The position numbers and the translations under genes are program-made. Of a stretch of DNA of 64,000 nt, positions 8,316 to 18,701 are shown in pieces. The stretch is taken from contig CAWKPB010000001.1 in the NCBI GenBank assembly GCA_963851405.1, positions 279,707 through 343,706 on the forward strand, given 5' to 3'. Source of the stretch: an uncultured Actinomycetota bacterium. GTDB lineage: Bacteria > Actinomycetota > Actinomycetes > DATJPE01. Position 1 is the first letter of the stretch. Each line of letters starts with the position of its first letter. The notes beneath the pieces are model-generated. The model saw only the letters and a program-made list of their open reading frames with translations. It made no database searches and had not been told where the DNA came from.

Positions 8316-10871
8316 TTACTCCCCGCGAAGAGTCGTGAGCACTCCGTCCAAGTCCTCGGTGGTGACCAGCACCTCGCGGGCCTTGGAGCCCTCGGAGGGC
8401 CCCACCACGCCGCGAGTCTCCATCAGGTCCATGAGTCGACCCGCCTTCGCAAATCCCACGCGCAGCTTGCGCTGGAGCATCGACGTCGATCCGAACTGGG
8501 TGGTCACGACCAGTTCGACCGCCTGGCAGAGCAGGTCCAGGTCGTCCCCGACCTCCTCATCCACCTCGCGGCGACTCAGAGTTCCAGCCGTCGTGAGGTC
8601 CTCTCGGTAGGTCGGCTGCAACTGCGTCTTGCAGTGCGCCACCACCTCGTGGACCTCCATTTCGCTGACCCAGGCGCCCTGGATGCGCATGGCCTTGCTT
8701 GCGCCCATCGGAAGGAACAGCCCATCCCCTTGTCCGACCAGCTTTTCGGCGCCCGGCTGATCGAGGATGACTCGGCTGTCGGCCAAGCTGGACGTGGCGA
8801 ACGCCAGCCTGGATGGCACGTTCGCCTTGATCAGGCCAGTGACTACGTCGACGCTCGGGCGCTGGGTCGCCAGCACCAGGTGAATGCCGGCAGCGCGGGC
8901 CAACTGGGTGATTCGAACGATGGAGTCCTCAACGTCGCGAGGGGCCACCATCATCAGATCGGCGAGCTCGTCCACGATGACCAGCAGGTAGGGATACGGC
9001 TTCAGGACTCGCTCGCTGCCCTCGGGAACCTTCAACGCGCCCGACCGGACGGCCTTGTTGAAGTCGTCGAGGTGTCGGAATCCGAAGGCCGAGAGGTCGT
9101 CGTAACGCATGTCCATCTCGCGTACGACCCACTGCAAAGCCTCGGCCGCCTTGCGCGGGTTGGTGATGATCGGCGTGATCAGGTGAGGGATGCCTTCGTA
9201 CATGGTCAGCTCGACCCGCTTGGGGTCGATCAGCACCATCCGGACCTCGTCGGGTGTCGAGCGCAGCAGCACCGAGGTGATCAAGGTGTTGATGCACGAG
9301 GACTTGCCCGAGCCAGTGGCCCCAGCCACGAGCACATGCGGCATCTTCGCGAGGTTGGCGCAGACGAAATGCCCTTCGACGTCCTTACCCAGTCCGACCA
9401 GCATCGGGTGGTGGTCTCCGCGGGCCACGCCCGACCGAAGGACATCACCAAGACTGACGTTCTCCCGATCCGCGTTGGGGATCTCGATACCGATCGCGGA
9501 CTTACCCGGAATGGGACTCAAGATGCGCACGTCGGCGCTCGCTACCGCATACGCGATGTTCTTCGACAACGCCGTGACGCGTTCGACCTTCACCGCCGGA
9601 CCGAGCTCCACCTCGTACCTGGTGACCGTGGGGCCACGCGAGAACCCGGTGACCCGCGCATCGATCTCGAACTGATCAAGGACCCGGGTAAGGCTCTCCA
9701 CCACAGCGTCATTGGCCTTGGTGTGCGACTTGTGGGTGGTGCCCGGCCGGAGCAACTCCGGGGGCGGTAGGTGATACGTGACATCGCCGGACAGGGCCAA
9801 CTGCTCAACCCGAGCCGGGATAGGTTCGATGACCTTGTCAACCTTCGCCGAGCCGGTCACGTCCGCTTCGTCGCCAGAGCTCTCGCCGGAGTCAGCAGCC
9901 ACGGGCGGGATCGTCGTGCGCCGGCCGGCGGGGCCCGCGAGCAGCGGTGACTCGAACGGCTGATCGACACCGTCCTGCTTGTCCTTCGAGAACGCGCCCA
10001 CCCGACGGCGGGGCCTGGTTCGCCGCACGGGCTGATCCGGGTCGGTGAGGTCGATCAGGTCGTCGGCTTCTTCCGATGCGGCCGGTCGGTGGAGGAGGCG
10101 GTCGATCAAGGCTTTGGTTGCGGCCGGCACCCGACGGACCGGTGTGCCCGTGAGAACGACGGCTCCGAATCCGGCAACCAAGAGCAGCAAAGGTGCGGCC
10201 AAGAATCCAGTCACGCCGGCTACGAGCGGGGCGGCAGCCAGGTAGCCGATCCATCCGCCGCCCGTACTTAGCGCTACCGAGCCCTCGGAGGCGAGCGGGG
10301 TTCCGGCCAGGACATGAATGAACCCGCACACGCCAAGCAGCAGGGCTACCCAGCCGATGGCATTGCGCCCGGCCGGGGCGTTGTGCTCGGGATGGCGCAG
10401 GATGCGCCACGCTGCGGCCACGAGTAACAACGGAAGTAGCCAGGCGAGGCGTCCCATCAAGGCGTGAGCACCCGAGTCCACGGCAGCGGTCACCGCGCCG
10501 TTGAAGTCCCACCAGGTGGCCGCGGCCACCAGGATGGCCGCACCGATGACGAACAGACCGAAGCCGTCCCGGCGGAGCTCGGGATCGAGGTCCCCGGCAC
10601 TCGATCCGACCTTGCGCACCGTGCCACCCACCAGGTGCGCCAGGGCCAACCACAGGCCCTTGAACGCGCGCCCGAAGGCCCGCGCGATGCGTGCCAGCGG
10701 GCCAGGGCCGCGTCGAGCGGCGGCGGCCTTGGACGCCGAGGCACTGCGCGATCGGCTCGACGGCCGTCGAGGCGTCGATTTGCTCGACGTGCTCGCCGAC
10801 GATGAACGGACGGCTGGACGCTTCGTCGCAGGCGCACGACGAACCGGGCCGGGGGAAGTACGGCTGGCCAT
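8316..10871 (-). CDS. ftsK: DNA translocase FtsK
   Basis: It is 851 aa: N-terminal membrane domain, a linker, then a RecA-like motor with Walker A (GATGSGKS) and the C-terminal gamma winged-helix. Confidence 0.9.
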   Translation of the reverse strand: MASRTSPGPVRRAPATKRPAVRSSSASTSSKSTPRRPSSRSRSASASKAAAARRGPGPLARIARAFGRAFKGLWLALAHLVGGTVRKVGSSAGDLDPELRRDGFGLFVIGAAILVAAATWWDFNGAVTAAVDSGAHALMGRLAWLLPLLLVAAAWRILRHPEHNAPAGRNAIGWVALLLGVCGFIHVLAGTPLASEGSVALSTGGGWIGYLAAAPLVAGVTGFLAAPLLLLVAGFGAVVLTGTPVRRVPAATKALIDRLLHRPAASEEADDLIDLTDPDQPVRRTRPRRRVGAFSKDKQDGVDQPFESPLLAGPAGRRTTIPPVAADSGESSGDEADVTGSAKVDKVIEPIPARVEQLALSGDVTYHLPPPELLRPGTTHKSHTKANDAVVESLTRVLDQFEIDARVTGFSRGPTVTRYEVELGPAVKVERVTALSKNIAYAVASADVRILSPIPGKSAIGIEIPNADRENVSLGDVLRSGVARGDHHPMLVGLGKDVEGHFVCANLAKMPHVLVAGATGSGKSSCINTLITSVLLRSTPDEVRMVLIDPKRVELTMYEGIPHLITPIITNPRKAAEALQWVVREMDMRYDDLSAFGFRHLDDFNKAVRSGALKVPEGSERVLKPYPYLLVIVDELADLMMVAPRDVEDSIVRITQLARAAGIHLVLATQRPSVDVVTGLIKANVPSRLAFATSSLADSRVILDQPGAEKLVGQGDGLFLPMGASKAMRIQGAWVSEMEVHEVVAHCKTQLQPTYREDLTTAGTLSRREVDEEVGDDLDLLCQAVELVVTTQFGSTSMLQRKLRVGFAKAGRLMDLMETRGVVGPSEGSKAREVLVTTEDLDGVLTTLRGE

Positions 10872-10949
10872 CTCAGCAGGCTAGCCGCTGATCCCACCAA
10901 TCCCAGGGATCTCAGGCGTCACACTTCGGCCAGCCGCGGCCGGCCCGAC

Positions 10950-12632
10950 TCAAACCTCGACCACGACGGGGATGATCATGGGCCGCCGCTTGTGGGTCCC
11001 GCCGACCCAAGAACCCACGGCTCGACGGAGCACCTGCTCGAGTTGGCGGGCATCGGTAGTGCCCTCCCTCAACGCGTCTTCTAGGGCGGTGGTCAGTTTG
11101 GGGAGCACTTCATCGAAGATCGCGTCGTCGAGGCCGAAGCCCCGTGCGTGGATCTCCGGTCCGGCGACGACCTTGCCCGTCCCCAGATCCACGACCACGA
11201 GCGCGGAGATAAAGCCCTCGGACCCCAGGATGCGTCGGTCCTTCAGCGACGACTCAGTCACGTCACCCACTGATGAACCGTCGACATAGACGTACCCGGC
11301 GGGCACCGCCCCGGTGATCGAGGCAATTCCGTCGACCAGGTCGACGACCAGACCGTCCTCGCTCATCATGACCCGGTCCGCAGGGACACCGGTCGCGATC
11401 GCCAGGTCGGCGTTAGCGCGCAAGTGCCGCCACTCACCGTGGACCGGCATCACATTGCTCGGCCGGACGATGTTGTAGCAGTAGGTCAACTCACCGGCTG
11501 CCGCATGGCCGCTCACGTGGACTAGCGCATTGCCCTTGTGTACGACATGGGCACCGAGCTTGGACAGTCCGTTGATCACTCGATAGACCGCGTTCTCGTT
11601 GCCGGGGATCAGGGATGAGGCCAGCAGCACCGTGTCTCCGGGTGAGATACGGATCTGGTGATCGTTGCTCGCCATCCGAGACAGCGCCGCCATCGGCTCC
11701 CCCTGCGAGCCGGTCGACACCAGTACCACCTGGTCGTCGGGTAGGTCCTTGATCGCATCCAGGTTCACGATCAAGCCCTCGGGAAATGTCAGGTAGCCGA
11801 GGTCTCTTGCCACGCCCATGTTGCGGACCATGGACCGGCCCACGAAGGCGACATGCCGGCCGTGGGTATGGGCGATGTCGAGCACCTGCTGGATGCGATG
11901 GACGTGCGAGGCAAAGGAAGCCACGATGATCCGCTTGCTGGCCCGACTGAACACCCTGTCGATGGTGGGTTCGATGTCTCGCTCGGTACGCACGAAGCCA
12001 GGAACCTCGGCGTTCGTGGAGTCGACCAAGAACAGGTCCACGCCCTCCTCGCCCAGCCGAGCGAATGCACGTAGGTCCGTGATCCGACCGTCCAGAGGTA
12101 ACTGATCCATCTTGAAGTCACCGGTGTGCAGCACCAACTGCCCCGCCGGGGTCCGAAGCGCGACGGCCAGCGCGTCAGGAATCGAGTGGTTGACGGCGAT
12201 GAACTCGCATCCGAACGGACCGATCTGTTCGACCTGGCCCTCCTTGACCTCCAGCGTGTACGGCTTGATCCGATGCTCGCGCAGCTTGCCCTCCACGAAG
12301 GCCAAGGTGAGCCGCGACCCGATGATCGGGATGTCGTTACGCTCCCGAAGCAAGTAGGGGACGGCGCCGATGTGGTCCTCATGCCCGTGGGTCAAGACGA
12401 TCGCTTCAACCGTGTCCAGACGGTCTCGGATCCACTCGAAGTCCGGAAGGATGAGATCTACACCGGGCTGATGGTCTTCCGGGAACAACACTCCGCAGTC
12501 GACGATGAGCAAGCGACCGGCGTATTCGAAGACGGTCATGTTTCGACCGATCTCCCCCAGGCCCCCGAGAGCAACGACCCTCAGTCCGTCTTTGGGTAGC
12601 TCTGGCGGCGGGCCCCAATCGGAGTGCGTCAC
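10950..12632 (-). CDS. rnj: Ribonuclease J
   Basis: The metallo-beta-lactamase HxHxDH motif (THGHEDHIG) plus beta-CASP and C-terminal domains are present in 560 aa. Confidence 0.9.
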   Translation of the reverse strand: MTHSDWGPPPELPKDGLRVVALGGLGEIGRNMTVFEYAGRLLIVDCGVLFPEDHQPGVDLILPDFEWIRDRLDTVEAIVLTHGHEDHIGAVPYLLRERNDIPIIGSRLTLAFVEGKLREHRIKPYTLEVKEGQVEQIGPFGCEFIAVNHSIPDALAVALRTPAGQLVLHTGDFKMDQLPLDGRITDLRAFARLGEEGVDLFLVDSTNAEVPGFVRTERDIEPTIDRVFSRASKRIIVASFASHVHRIQQVLDIAHTHGRHVAFVGRSMVRNMGVARDLGYLTFPEGLIVNLDAIKDLPDDQVVLVSTGSQGEPMAALSRMASNDHQIRISPGDTVLLASSLIPGNENAVYRVINGLSKLGAHVVHKGNALVHVSGHAAAGELTYCYNIVRPSNVMPVHGEWRHLRANADLAIATGVPADRVMMSEDGLVVDLVDGIASITGAVPAGYVYVDGSSVGDVTESSLKDRRILGSEGFISALVVVDLGTGKVVAGPEIHARGFGLDDAIFDEVLPKLTTALEDALREGTTDARQLEQVLRRAVGSWVGGTHKRRPMIIPVVVEV

Positions 12633-13567
12633 GCGGCGAACCCGGGGACGCCGCCGTCAGCGAGATCGAGCACCAACTGAGCCAACTCCACCTCGTCGGC
12701 ATCCACCAGCGGCGGGCGGACGGGGCCTGCTGGAAGGCCTAGCTGAGTGAGAGCGGCTTTCACCGTAATGACTCCTTGGGTTCGGAAGATGCCCTCGCAC
12801 ACCGGGAGCATTTGACGGTGGAGGACCAACGCCGTAGCCACGTCGCCTGCCTCGTAGCAGGCCAACATCATGTCCAGCCTGCTGGCGCAAACGTGACCGA
12901 TGACGCTCACGACCCCGACTGCGCCGATGGCGAGCAGAGGCAAGGTCAAGAAATCATCGCCGGAGTAGTACGCCAGATCGCTGCGCGCCATGACCGAGGA
13001 CGCGGCAACCAGATCCGTCTTTGCGTCCTTGTTGGCCACGATGCGCGGATGCTCAGCCAGCCGGATCAAGGTCTCTGTCTCGATCGCGCAGCCCGTTCGC
13101 CCAGGGATGTCGTAGAGCATCACGTCCAGCCCGGAGGCGTCGGCGATCGCCGTGAAGTGCTGGATCAGTCCCGCCTGAGGCGGTTTGTTGTAGTAAGGGG
13201 TGACCGCAAGCAGGCCGTGGGCGCCGGCCTTCTCCGCTTGGCGCGCCAGATCGACGGAATGGGCCGTGTCCGGCGTACCGACTCCAGCCAGTACCCTGGC
13301 GCGACCGCCGACCGCCTCCACCACAGACCGGAGAACCTGTTCCTTCTCCGCATCGCTGGTGGTCGCAGACTCGCCAGTGGTGCCGTTCAGCACCAGCCCG
13401 TCGCATCCCGCACTCACGAGGTGCTCGGCGAGGACGGCCGCCCCTTCCACGTCCAACGAGCGGTCGGCCTTGAAGGGCGTCACCATCGCGGTCAGAACCC
13501 GCCCGAACGGGCGGAACGGGTCGATGCGCTGAGGGCTCGTCGACACTTCAGTGAACGTCTCCGACAT
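12629..13567 (-). CDS. dapA: 4-hydroxy-tetrahydrodipicolinate synthase
   Basis: The DapA family motifs GTTGE and a lysine Schiff-base region are present. There is a 4-nt overlap with rnj. Confidence 0.85.
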   Translation of the reverse strand: MSETFTEVSTSPQRIDPFRPFGRVLTAMVTPFKADRSLDVEGAAVLAEHLVSAGCDGLVLNGTTGESATTSDAEKEQVLRSVVEAVGGRARVLAGVGTPDTAHSVDLARQAEKAGAHGLLAVTPYYNKPPQAGLIQHFTAIADASGLDVMLYDIPGRTGCAIETETLIRLAEHPRIVANKDAKTDLVAASSVMARSDLAYYSGDDFLTLPLLAIGAVGVVSVIGHVCASRLDMMLACYEAGDVATALVLHRQMLPVCEGIFRTQGVITVKAALTQLGLPAGPVRPPLVDADEVELAQLVLDLADGGVPGFAA

Positions 13568-13632
13568 GGTGAGGAGGTTACCGTCCGAGGACTCCCCCGC
13601 AGGGCCGCGCCGGGTCCGGCAGACTCCCTGGC

Positions 13633-14667
13633 ATGCGCGCTGCCTTGATGACCGCCTTTCGCGAACCTCCCTTGGTGGTCACCATCGACGACCCAGAGGT
13701 ACCCAGGGACGGCGTTGTCCTCGAAGTCCTGGCCTCTGGGGTCTGCCGCAGCGACTGGCATGCCTGGCAGGGGCACGATCCGATGATCATGCTTCCGCAC
13801 GTCGGGGGGCACGAGATGGCGGGCCGCGTGGCCGCCGTCGGCCGGGACGTACGAACGCACGCGGTGGGCGATTTGGTCACCGTGCCCTTCTGCTGCGGGT
13901 GCGGCCGGTGTTCGCAGTGCTCGGCTGGACAGACCCAGATCTGCGATGACGAGGTCCAGCCTGGCTTTACCCAGTGGGGCTCCTTCGCCCAACTGGTCGC
14001 TTTGCCACACGCGGACGTGAATCTGGTGCCCCTCGCCAACGATGCGGATCCGGTCGCCATGGCCGCGCTCGGGTGCCGCTTCATGACCGCCTGGGCAGCA
14101 GTGGTTGACGCTGCCGACGTGCGGCCCGGGCAGAGCGTCGCTATCCACGGATGTGGGGGCCTCGGCCTGTCGCTGGTGATGATCGCGGCGTCGCGCGGCG
14201 CAACCGTGGTCGCCGTCGACCTCGACGAGGAGCGCCTCGCCTTGGCCCGTGACTTCGGGGCCGCCGAGACCATCAAGGCGACCGGCGAGGTGGCTGCCGC
14301 GGTGACCGAGGTCACCTCAGGCGGCGCGCACGCCTCCTTCGACGCCGTAGGCAGCGCGAGTACGGCCGTTGCGTCCGTCCTGTCGCTGCGCAAACGGGGC
14401 CGCCACGTGCAGGTCGGATTGATGCTCGGAACCGACCGGGAGGCGTCGATGCCCATGGCCCGGGTGATCTCCTACGAGCTGTCCATGGTCGGCGTCCACG
14501 GAATGGCCGTGGGGCGCTACCCCGCGCTCGTCACGGAGGTCACCGAAGGGCGGCTGGACCCCTCGCTCCTGATCGGTGCTCGGATCGGGCTGGAGGACGT
14601 GGGAGCCGAATTGGAGGCGATGACGTCTTTCGGGCAGCGCGGGCTCAGCGTGATCACCCGGTTCTGA
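13633..14667 (+). CDS. Zinc-dependent alcohol dehydrogenase (MDR family)
   Basis: The catalytic zinc motif GHEMAGRV, the structural zinc cysteines (CGCGRCSQC) and the Rossmann motif GCGGLG are present in 344 aa. Confidence 0.8.
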   Translation: MRAALMTAFREPPLVVTIDDPEVPRDGVVLEVLASGVCRSDWHAWQGHDPMIMLPHVGGHEMAGRVAAVGRDVRTHAVGDLVTVPFCCGCGRCSQCSAGQTQICDDEVQPGFTQWGSFAQLVALPHADVNLVPLANDADPVAMAALGCRFMTAWAAVVDAADVRPGQSVAIHGCGGLGLSLVMIAASRGATVVAVDLDEERLALARDFGAAETIKATGEVAAAVTEVTSGGAHASFDAVGSASTAVASVLSLRKRGRHVQVGLMLGTDREASMPMARVISYELSMVGVHGMAVGRYPALVTEVTEGRLDPSLLIGARIGLEDVGAELEAMTSFGQRGLSVITRF

Positions 14668-14680
14668 TCGAGCGCTGCCG

Positions 14681-17176
14681 TCACATGCGGGCGGGCTCGA
14701 CGTCCTCGCCGGGCTCGACGATGTCTTCGATCTCCGAATCACCGGCCCGCAGATCCTCCTCGGACTCGATGGCGATGTGCGGGAGGATCCGGTCGGCCCA
14801 GTCGGGCAGGTACCAGTTGGCCTTCCCGAAGATCGTCATCAGTGACGGGACCAGGACCAAGCGGACCACGAACGCGTCCAGCAAGACGGCCGAGGACAAC
14901 GCGACCCCGAACAACTTGATGGTCGGGTCGTTGCCCAGCACAAAGGCAGCGAAGACACTGGTCATGATCGCGGCTGCGATCGCTACCACCCGGCCGGACC
15001 CGGCGAGGCCCCGGCGGACCGCCGTGCGGTTGTTGCCGGTAAGCAGCCATTCCTCATGCATCCGACTGACCAGGAACACCTGGTAGTCACACGACAGCCC
15101 GAACAAGATCGCGAACACCATGATGGGCAGGAACGGGAAGATCGGGCCGGTCGCCTCCAGCGCAACCGGGTCGGCAAACCACCCCCATTGGAAGACCGCG
15201 ACCGTGATGCCCATCGCCGCGGCAAGAGACAGCAAGCTGGACAGCACGCCGGTGGCAGGCACCAACAGGGATCGGAACAAGAAGACCAGCGCCAAGAAGC
15301 CGAACCCGACGACAACAAGCAAGAACCAGGGAAGCGCGTCGCCGAGCACCTTCGTGAAGTCTGCAGTCACCGCCTGGAACCCACCCACGTAGGCACGAGT
15401 TCCTGACGCCTCGACGGCCGCCGGGATCACCGTGTCGCGGAGTTCGAACAACAAATCGGTCGTGGCTTCGTCCTGCGGCGCTGTGGTCGGGAACAGCTGG
15501 ATCACCGCGACGGAGGCGTCCTCGGCGACTGGTGCCGCCGCGGCCAGGGCCACGCCGGGGGTGTCGGCCAGGGCATCGGTCAGAGCCGTCAATGAATCCT
15601 GATCCCCCGGCGCCGGCAGCTCCACGGCGATGTAGAACGGCCCGTTGACCCCTGGTCCAAATCCTTCGGCGGTCAAGTCGTACGCGATGCGAGTGGGACT
15701 CCCGACCGGGGTTCCCGAGTCATCGGAGAAACCAAGCCGCAACGACAGCATCGGCAGCGCGATGACCAACATGACCACCAGAGCCAGCGATGCCGTGATC
15801 CACGGACGGCCCTGCAGCCAGTTGCCGTACCGAGCAAAGGCATTCGGTCCGCGATGATCCGGAGCCTTCCCGCGGCGCACAATCCATCGCCAGGCCAAGC
15901 CCACCAGCGTGACCGGGAAGTAGAGCAGCCAACCGAAGTAGCGAAGAACTCGGCCCACAAGGTGCGGGAAGCCGGATAGCCGCTGTTCTGGAATCGCCTC
16001 TTCGTCGCTGATCCACGCCATCCGACCAACGAAGGCCCACGTCCCGAGGAGGGACAGCAAGGCTGGCAGCGGGAGTAGCGCACCGATCATCACCATGATC
16101 ACGGTGATTGCGGAACTCACGGCGATGCCGTCGAAGAAGTTGATCCGCAAGACGAACAGGCCCATCAGGGCGATGACCACCGTCGCGGCGGCGAACTGCA
16201 CGGCACGACCCGAAGTACGCACCGACTCAAGCGCAGCCTCACGAGGACTTCGGCCGTGGATGATCGCCTCGCGATAGCGGTTGATGACGAACAGCGAGTA
16301 GTCGATGCCGACGCCCAGGCCGATCATCGAAGCCAGGATCGGCGCGAACGTTGCGACGTCCCATGTGCGAGCGACCAGCGGCAGGACGAACGTGGTGGTC
16401 AAGGCCACCGAGAGGACGGCGGAGACGATCGGAAGGAAGGCCCCCAAGATCGATCCGAACGCGAACAGCAAGATGACGAGCGCGACCATCACGCCGATGC
16501 TCTCCGACGAGGGCGGCTCGCCGCCCACGAAGGCGAAGACGCCATTCGCGCCGACCTCCAGTCCGTCGGAACCGTTCTGCTCCTTGATCAACTCCAGCGA
16601 TGTCAGGACTTCCTCGGTGTTGATGTCATCGAAGCCGGCGCCGCCGAACTGGACGGTGGCGTAAGCGATGCTGCCGTCCGGGCTCGTACCGGACTGTCCG
16701 AAGTGGGCTTGCGCGGCTTCAGCTTCCGGGGACAGGGCGGGCTGCTCGCCGCCTTGGCCGTTTCCGCCCTGATCCTCGCCACCTTGCTCGTCGCCACCTT
16801 GACTGGGGGCCGGCTCGGGGCACTCACTTCCCATTGGATCACCGAACGGGGTGAGCACACAGGTCACACCGGGCGAGGTCGAGATTTCGGTTAGCAGGGC
16901 CGTCATGGTCGCCTGCGCATCCGCATCGGTGACCTGGCCGGACTCGGCCCTCCACACGACTTGCCCCTCAAGCCCAGATCCGGTGCCCGCCCCGCCGCCG
17001 CTGAGATCGGCCAACAGATCTTGCGCCGTGGTGGACTCGGTGTCGGGCAACTCGAAGTTGTCGTTGTAGTCCCCGCCGAATCGGATCCCCAGGAACCCAA
17101 GGGCGACCATGATCAGCACCCAGGAGAGCAAGGCTCGCCATGGCCGACGAACAGCCCATTGGGAGATGCGACCCAT
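14681..17176 (-). CDS. MMPL-family RND-type membrane transporter
   Basis: It is 831 aa with two 6-helix bundles separated by periplasmic domains, the typical MMPL architecture. Confidence 0.8.
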   Translation of the reverse strand: MGRISQWAVRRPWRALLSWVLIMVALGFLGIRFGGDYNDNFELPDTESTTAQDLLADLSGGGAGTGSGLEGQVVWRAESGQVTDADAQATMTALLTEISTSPGVTCVLTPFGDPMGSECPEPAPSQGGDEQGGEDQGGNGQGGEQPALSPEAEAAQAHFGQSGTSPDGSIAYATVQFGGAGFDDINTEEVLTSLELIKEQNGSDGLEVGANGVFAFVGGEPPSSESIGVMVALVILLFAFGSILGAFLPIVSAVLSVALTTTFVLPLVARTWDVATFAPILASMIGLGVGIDYSLFVINRYREAIIHGRSPREAALESVRTSGRAVQFAAATVVIALMGLFVLRINFFDGIAVSSAITVIMVMIGALLPLPALLSLLGTWAFVGRMAWISDEEAIPEQRLSGFPHLVGRVLRYFGWLLYFPVTLVGLAWRWIVRRGKAPDHRGPNAFARYGNWLQGRPWITASLALVVMLVIALPMLSLRLGFSDDSGTPVGSPTRIAYDLTAEGFGPGVNGPFYIAVELPAPGDQDSLTALTDALADTPGVALAAAAPVAEDASVAVIQLFPTTAPQDEATTDLLFELRDTVIPAAVEASGTRAYVGGFQAVTADFTKVLGDALPWFLLVVVGFGFLALVFLFRSLLVPATGVLSSLLSLAAAMGITVAVFQWGWFADPVALEATGPIFPFLPIMVFAILFGLSCDYQVFLVSRMHEEWLLTGNNRTAVRRGLAGSGRVVAIAAAIMTSVFAAFVLGNDPTIKLFGVALSSAVLLDAFVVRLVLVPSLMTIFGKANWYLPDWADRILPHIAIESEEDLRAGDSEIEDIVEPGEDVEPARM

Positions 17177-17247
17177 CTAGCTCAACCTCCAACTGCACCG
17201 GCTCGGGCCGCGTGCCTTGACGTCCCCGCTGAAGCCTAGGACATCGT

Positions 17248-18009
17248 TCAGGGGGCCACCCGGCCGTTCGAGACGAAGGCCGCGTGGGTGATGGGCATCA
17301 ATTTCGCCCACTCCTGTTCGTACCGCTCGGCGACCATCTCGATCTCACGCTGGGGGTAGGACGGGAACTGCGAGCCCTCCGCGGCACGGCGCAAGGACAG
17401 AAAATTCATCAGACTACGGGCGTTGAGCGTGACGTAGGCCGATGAATAGATCGAGACGGGGAGCACCATGCGCGCGACCTCTCGGGCTACCCCGGCATCC
17501 AGCATCGCGAGGTACGCCGTGTACGACTGCCGCATCGCCGCTCGCATCTGGTGATCCACAACCTGCACCTGCTCTGCGGTGCCGTCGACGAACTCGTAGG
17601 CGCCAGCCTTCCCGATTTGCACCAGCCGCCGGTCGGGACCGGGAACGTAGAACACCGGCCGAAGGACCCGGTATCGGCCCGATTCTTCGTTGTAGGACAT
17701 CATCCGGTGACGCATGTGCTCGCGCCAGACAAAGATCGGCGCCTGCACGTAGAACGTCATCGTGGAGTGCTCGAACGGCGAACCGTGCCGCTCCCGCATC
17801 AGGAAGCGGATGAGGCCCGCCGCGCCCGACGCATCCGCGTCCACATCGGCCAGCGTCTGCTCGCCCAACGTCGACACCCGGGCGGCAAACACGACGTCGG
17901 GGTCTGCCGCCGCGGATTTGACCAGCTCGACGGTCACGTCCGAACGGAACTCCACGTCTGCCACGTCGTCTGGTCGCAGGGTCGGAGAGTCAGAAGTCGT
18001 CTCGGTCAC
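17248..18009 (-). CDS. thyX: FAD-dependent thymidylate synthase ThyX
   Basis: The ThyX signature RHRMMSYNEESGRY (RHRx7S) is present in 253 aa. Confidence 0.9.
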   Translation of the reverse strand: MTETTSDSPTLRPDDVADVEFRSDVTVELVKSAAADPDVVFAARVSTLGEQTLADVDADASGAAGLIRFLMRERHGSPFEHSTMTFYVQAPIFVWREHMRHRMMSYNEESGRYRVLRPVFYVPGPDRRLVQIGKAGAYEFVDGTAEQVQVVDHQMRAAMRQSYTAYLAMLDAGVAREVARMVLPVSIYSSAYVTLNARSLMNFLSLRRAAEGSQFPSYPQREIEMVAERYEQEWAKLMPITHAAFVSNGRVAP

Positions 18010-18070
18010 CCCGCGAGGCTAGCGCCCGGGTCCCCCACTGCCGAGCCCGCCATGCGCAAGGATCGACCAC

Positions 18071-18619
18071 GTGAGCCCCGGTTTCGTACGTCCCGCCCGC
18101 GCTACCGATGCCGAGGCTGCTGCCCAGACCCAACTCTGCGCCTGGCGCGCTGACCGCGAGTTCCCGACCGTCGTCCTGGACGGCTTGGACCCCGCGGAAC
18201 TCGCCGAACAGTGGGCGGCGGCCACCGTCCACCCCCCCTCCTCGCGCCACCGGGTCCTTGTGGCGGTCGACGGCCCAGGAGACCAGGCCATGGTCGTGGG
18301 GGTGGCCGCCACGGCTCCGAGCGCCGATCCAGATCGCGATCCGGCGACCGACGGCGAAGTACTCGCCCTCGCCGTGCACCCCGATCGCCGCAGGCAGGGC
18401 CATGGCTCGCGACTGCTCCAGGCCGTTGCGGACACCCTCACGGCTGCGGGCTTCGAGTCTGCCTTCGCGTGGGTTGAGAACCACAACGACGTTGGACGAG
18501 CATTCCTCGCCGGAAGCGGCTGGGTAGCGGACGGCGCTCACCGGACGCTCGACCTTGATGGCACGGGCGCCGTAACGGTGACCGAAGTACGGCTGGTCAC
18601 CAGCCTGACCGATCCGTAG
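18071..18619 (+). CDS. GNAT-family N-acetyltransferase
   Basis: The acetyl-CoA binding motif reads VHPDRRRQGHGSRLL in 182 aa. Confidence 0.7.
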   Translation: MSPGFVRPARATDAEAAAQTQLCAWRADREFPTVVLDGLDPAELAEQWAAATVHPPSSRHRVLVAVDGPGDQAMVVGVAATAPSADPDRDPATDGEVLALAVHPDRRRQGHGSRLLQAVADTLTAAGFESAFAWVENHNDVGRAFLAGSGWVADGAHRTLDLDGTGAVTVTEVRLVTSLTDP

Positions 18620-18627
18620 CCGCATCC

Positions 18628-18664
18628 CGCGGGGGCACCCGAGAATCTAGGGCGCACCCCCGCG
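18628..18664. terminator. GC-rich hairpin between convergent genes (stem cgcggggg/cccccgcg, about 21-nt loop)
   Basis: The inverted repeat is read from the sequence between the GNAT stop at 18619 and the stop of the minus-strand secreted protein at 18702. Confidence 0.35.
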
Positions 18665-18701
18665 CGCCAGCACTTGGCCGGAGATCAGAAGACGGTGTCG
18701 G

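Noticed and set aside
8634-9770. A 378-aa plus-strand ORF antisense to ftsK. Similar long antisense ORFs occur at 25281..26198, 26397..27311, 31262..32932, 42027..43109, 45442..46479 and 62023..63390.
   Set aside because: They are typical GC-rich antisense open frames. Their products are Arg/Pro/Gly-rich low-complexity sequences with no recognisable domain. Each lies entirely opposite a strongly conserved housekeeping gene.
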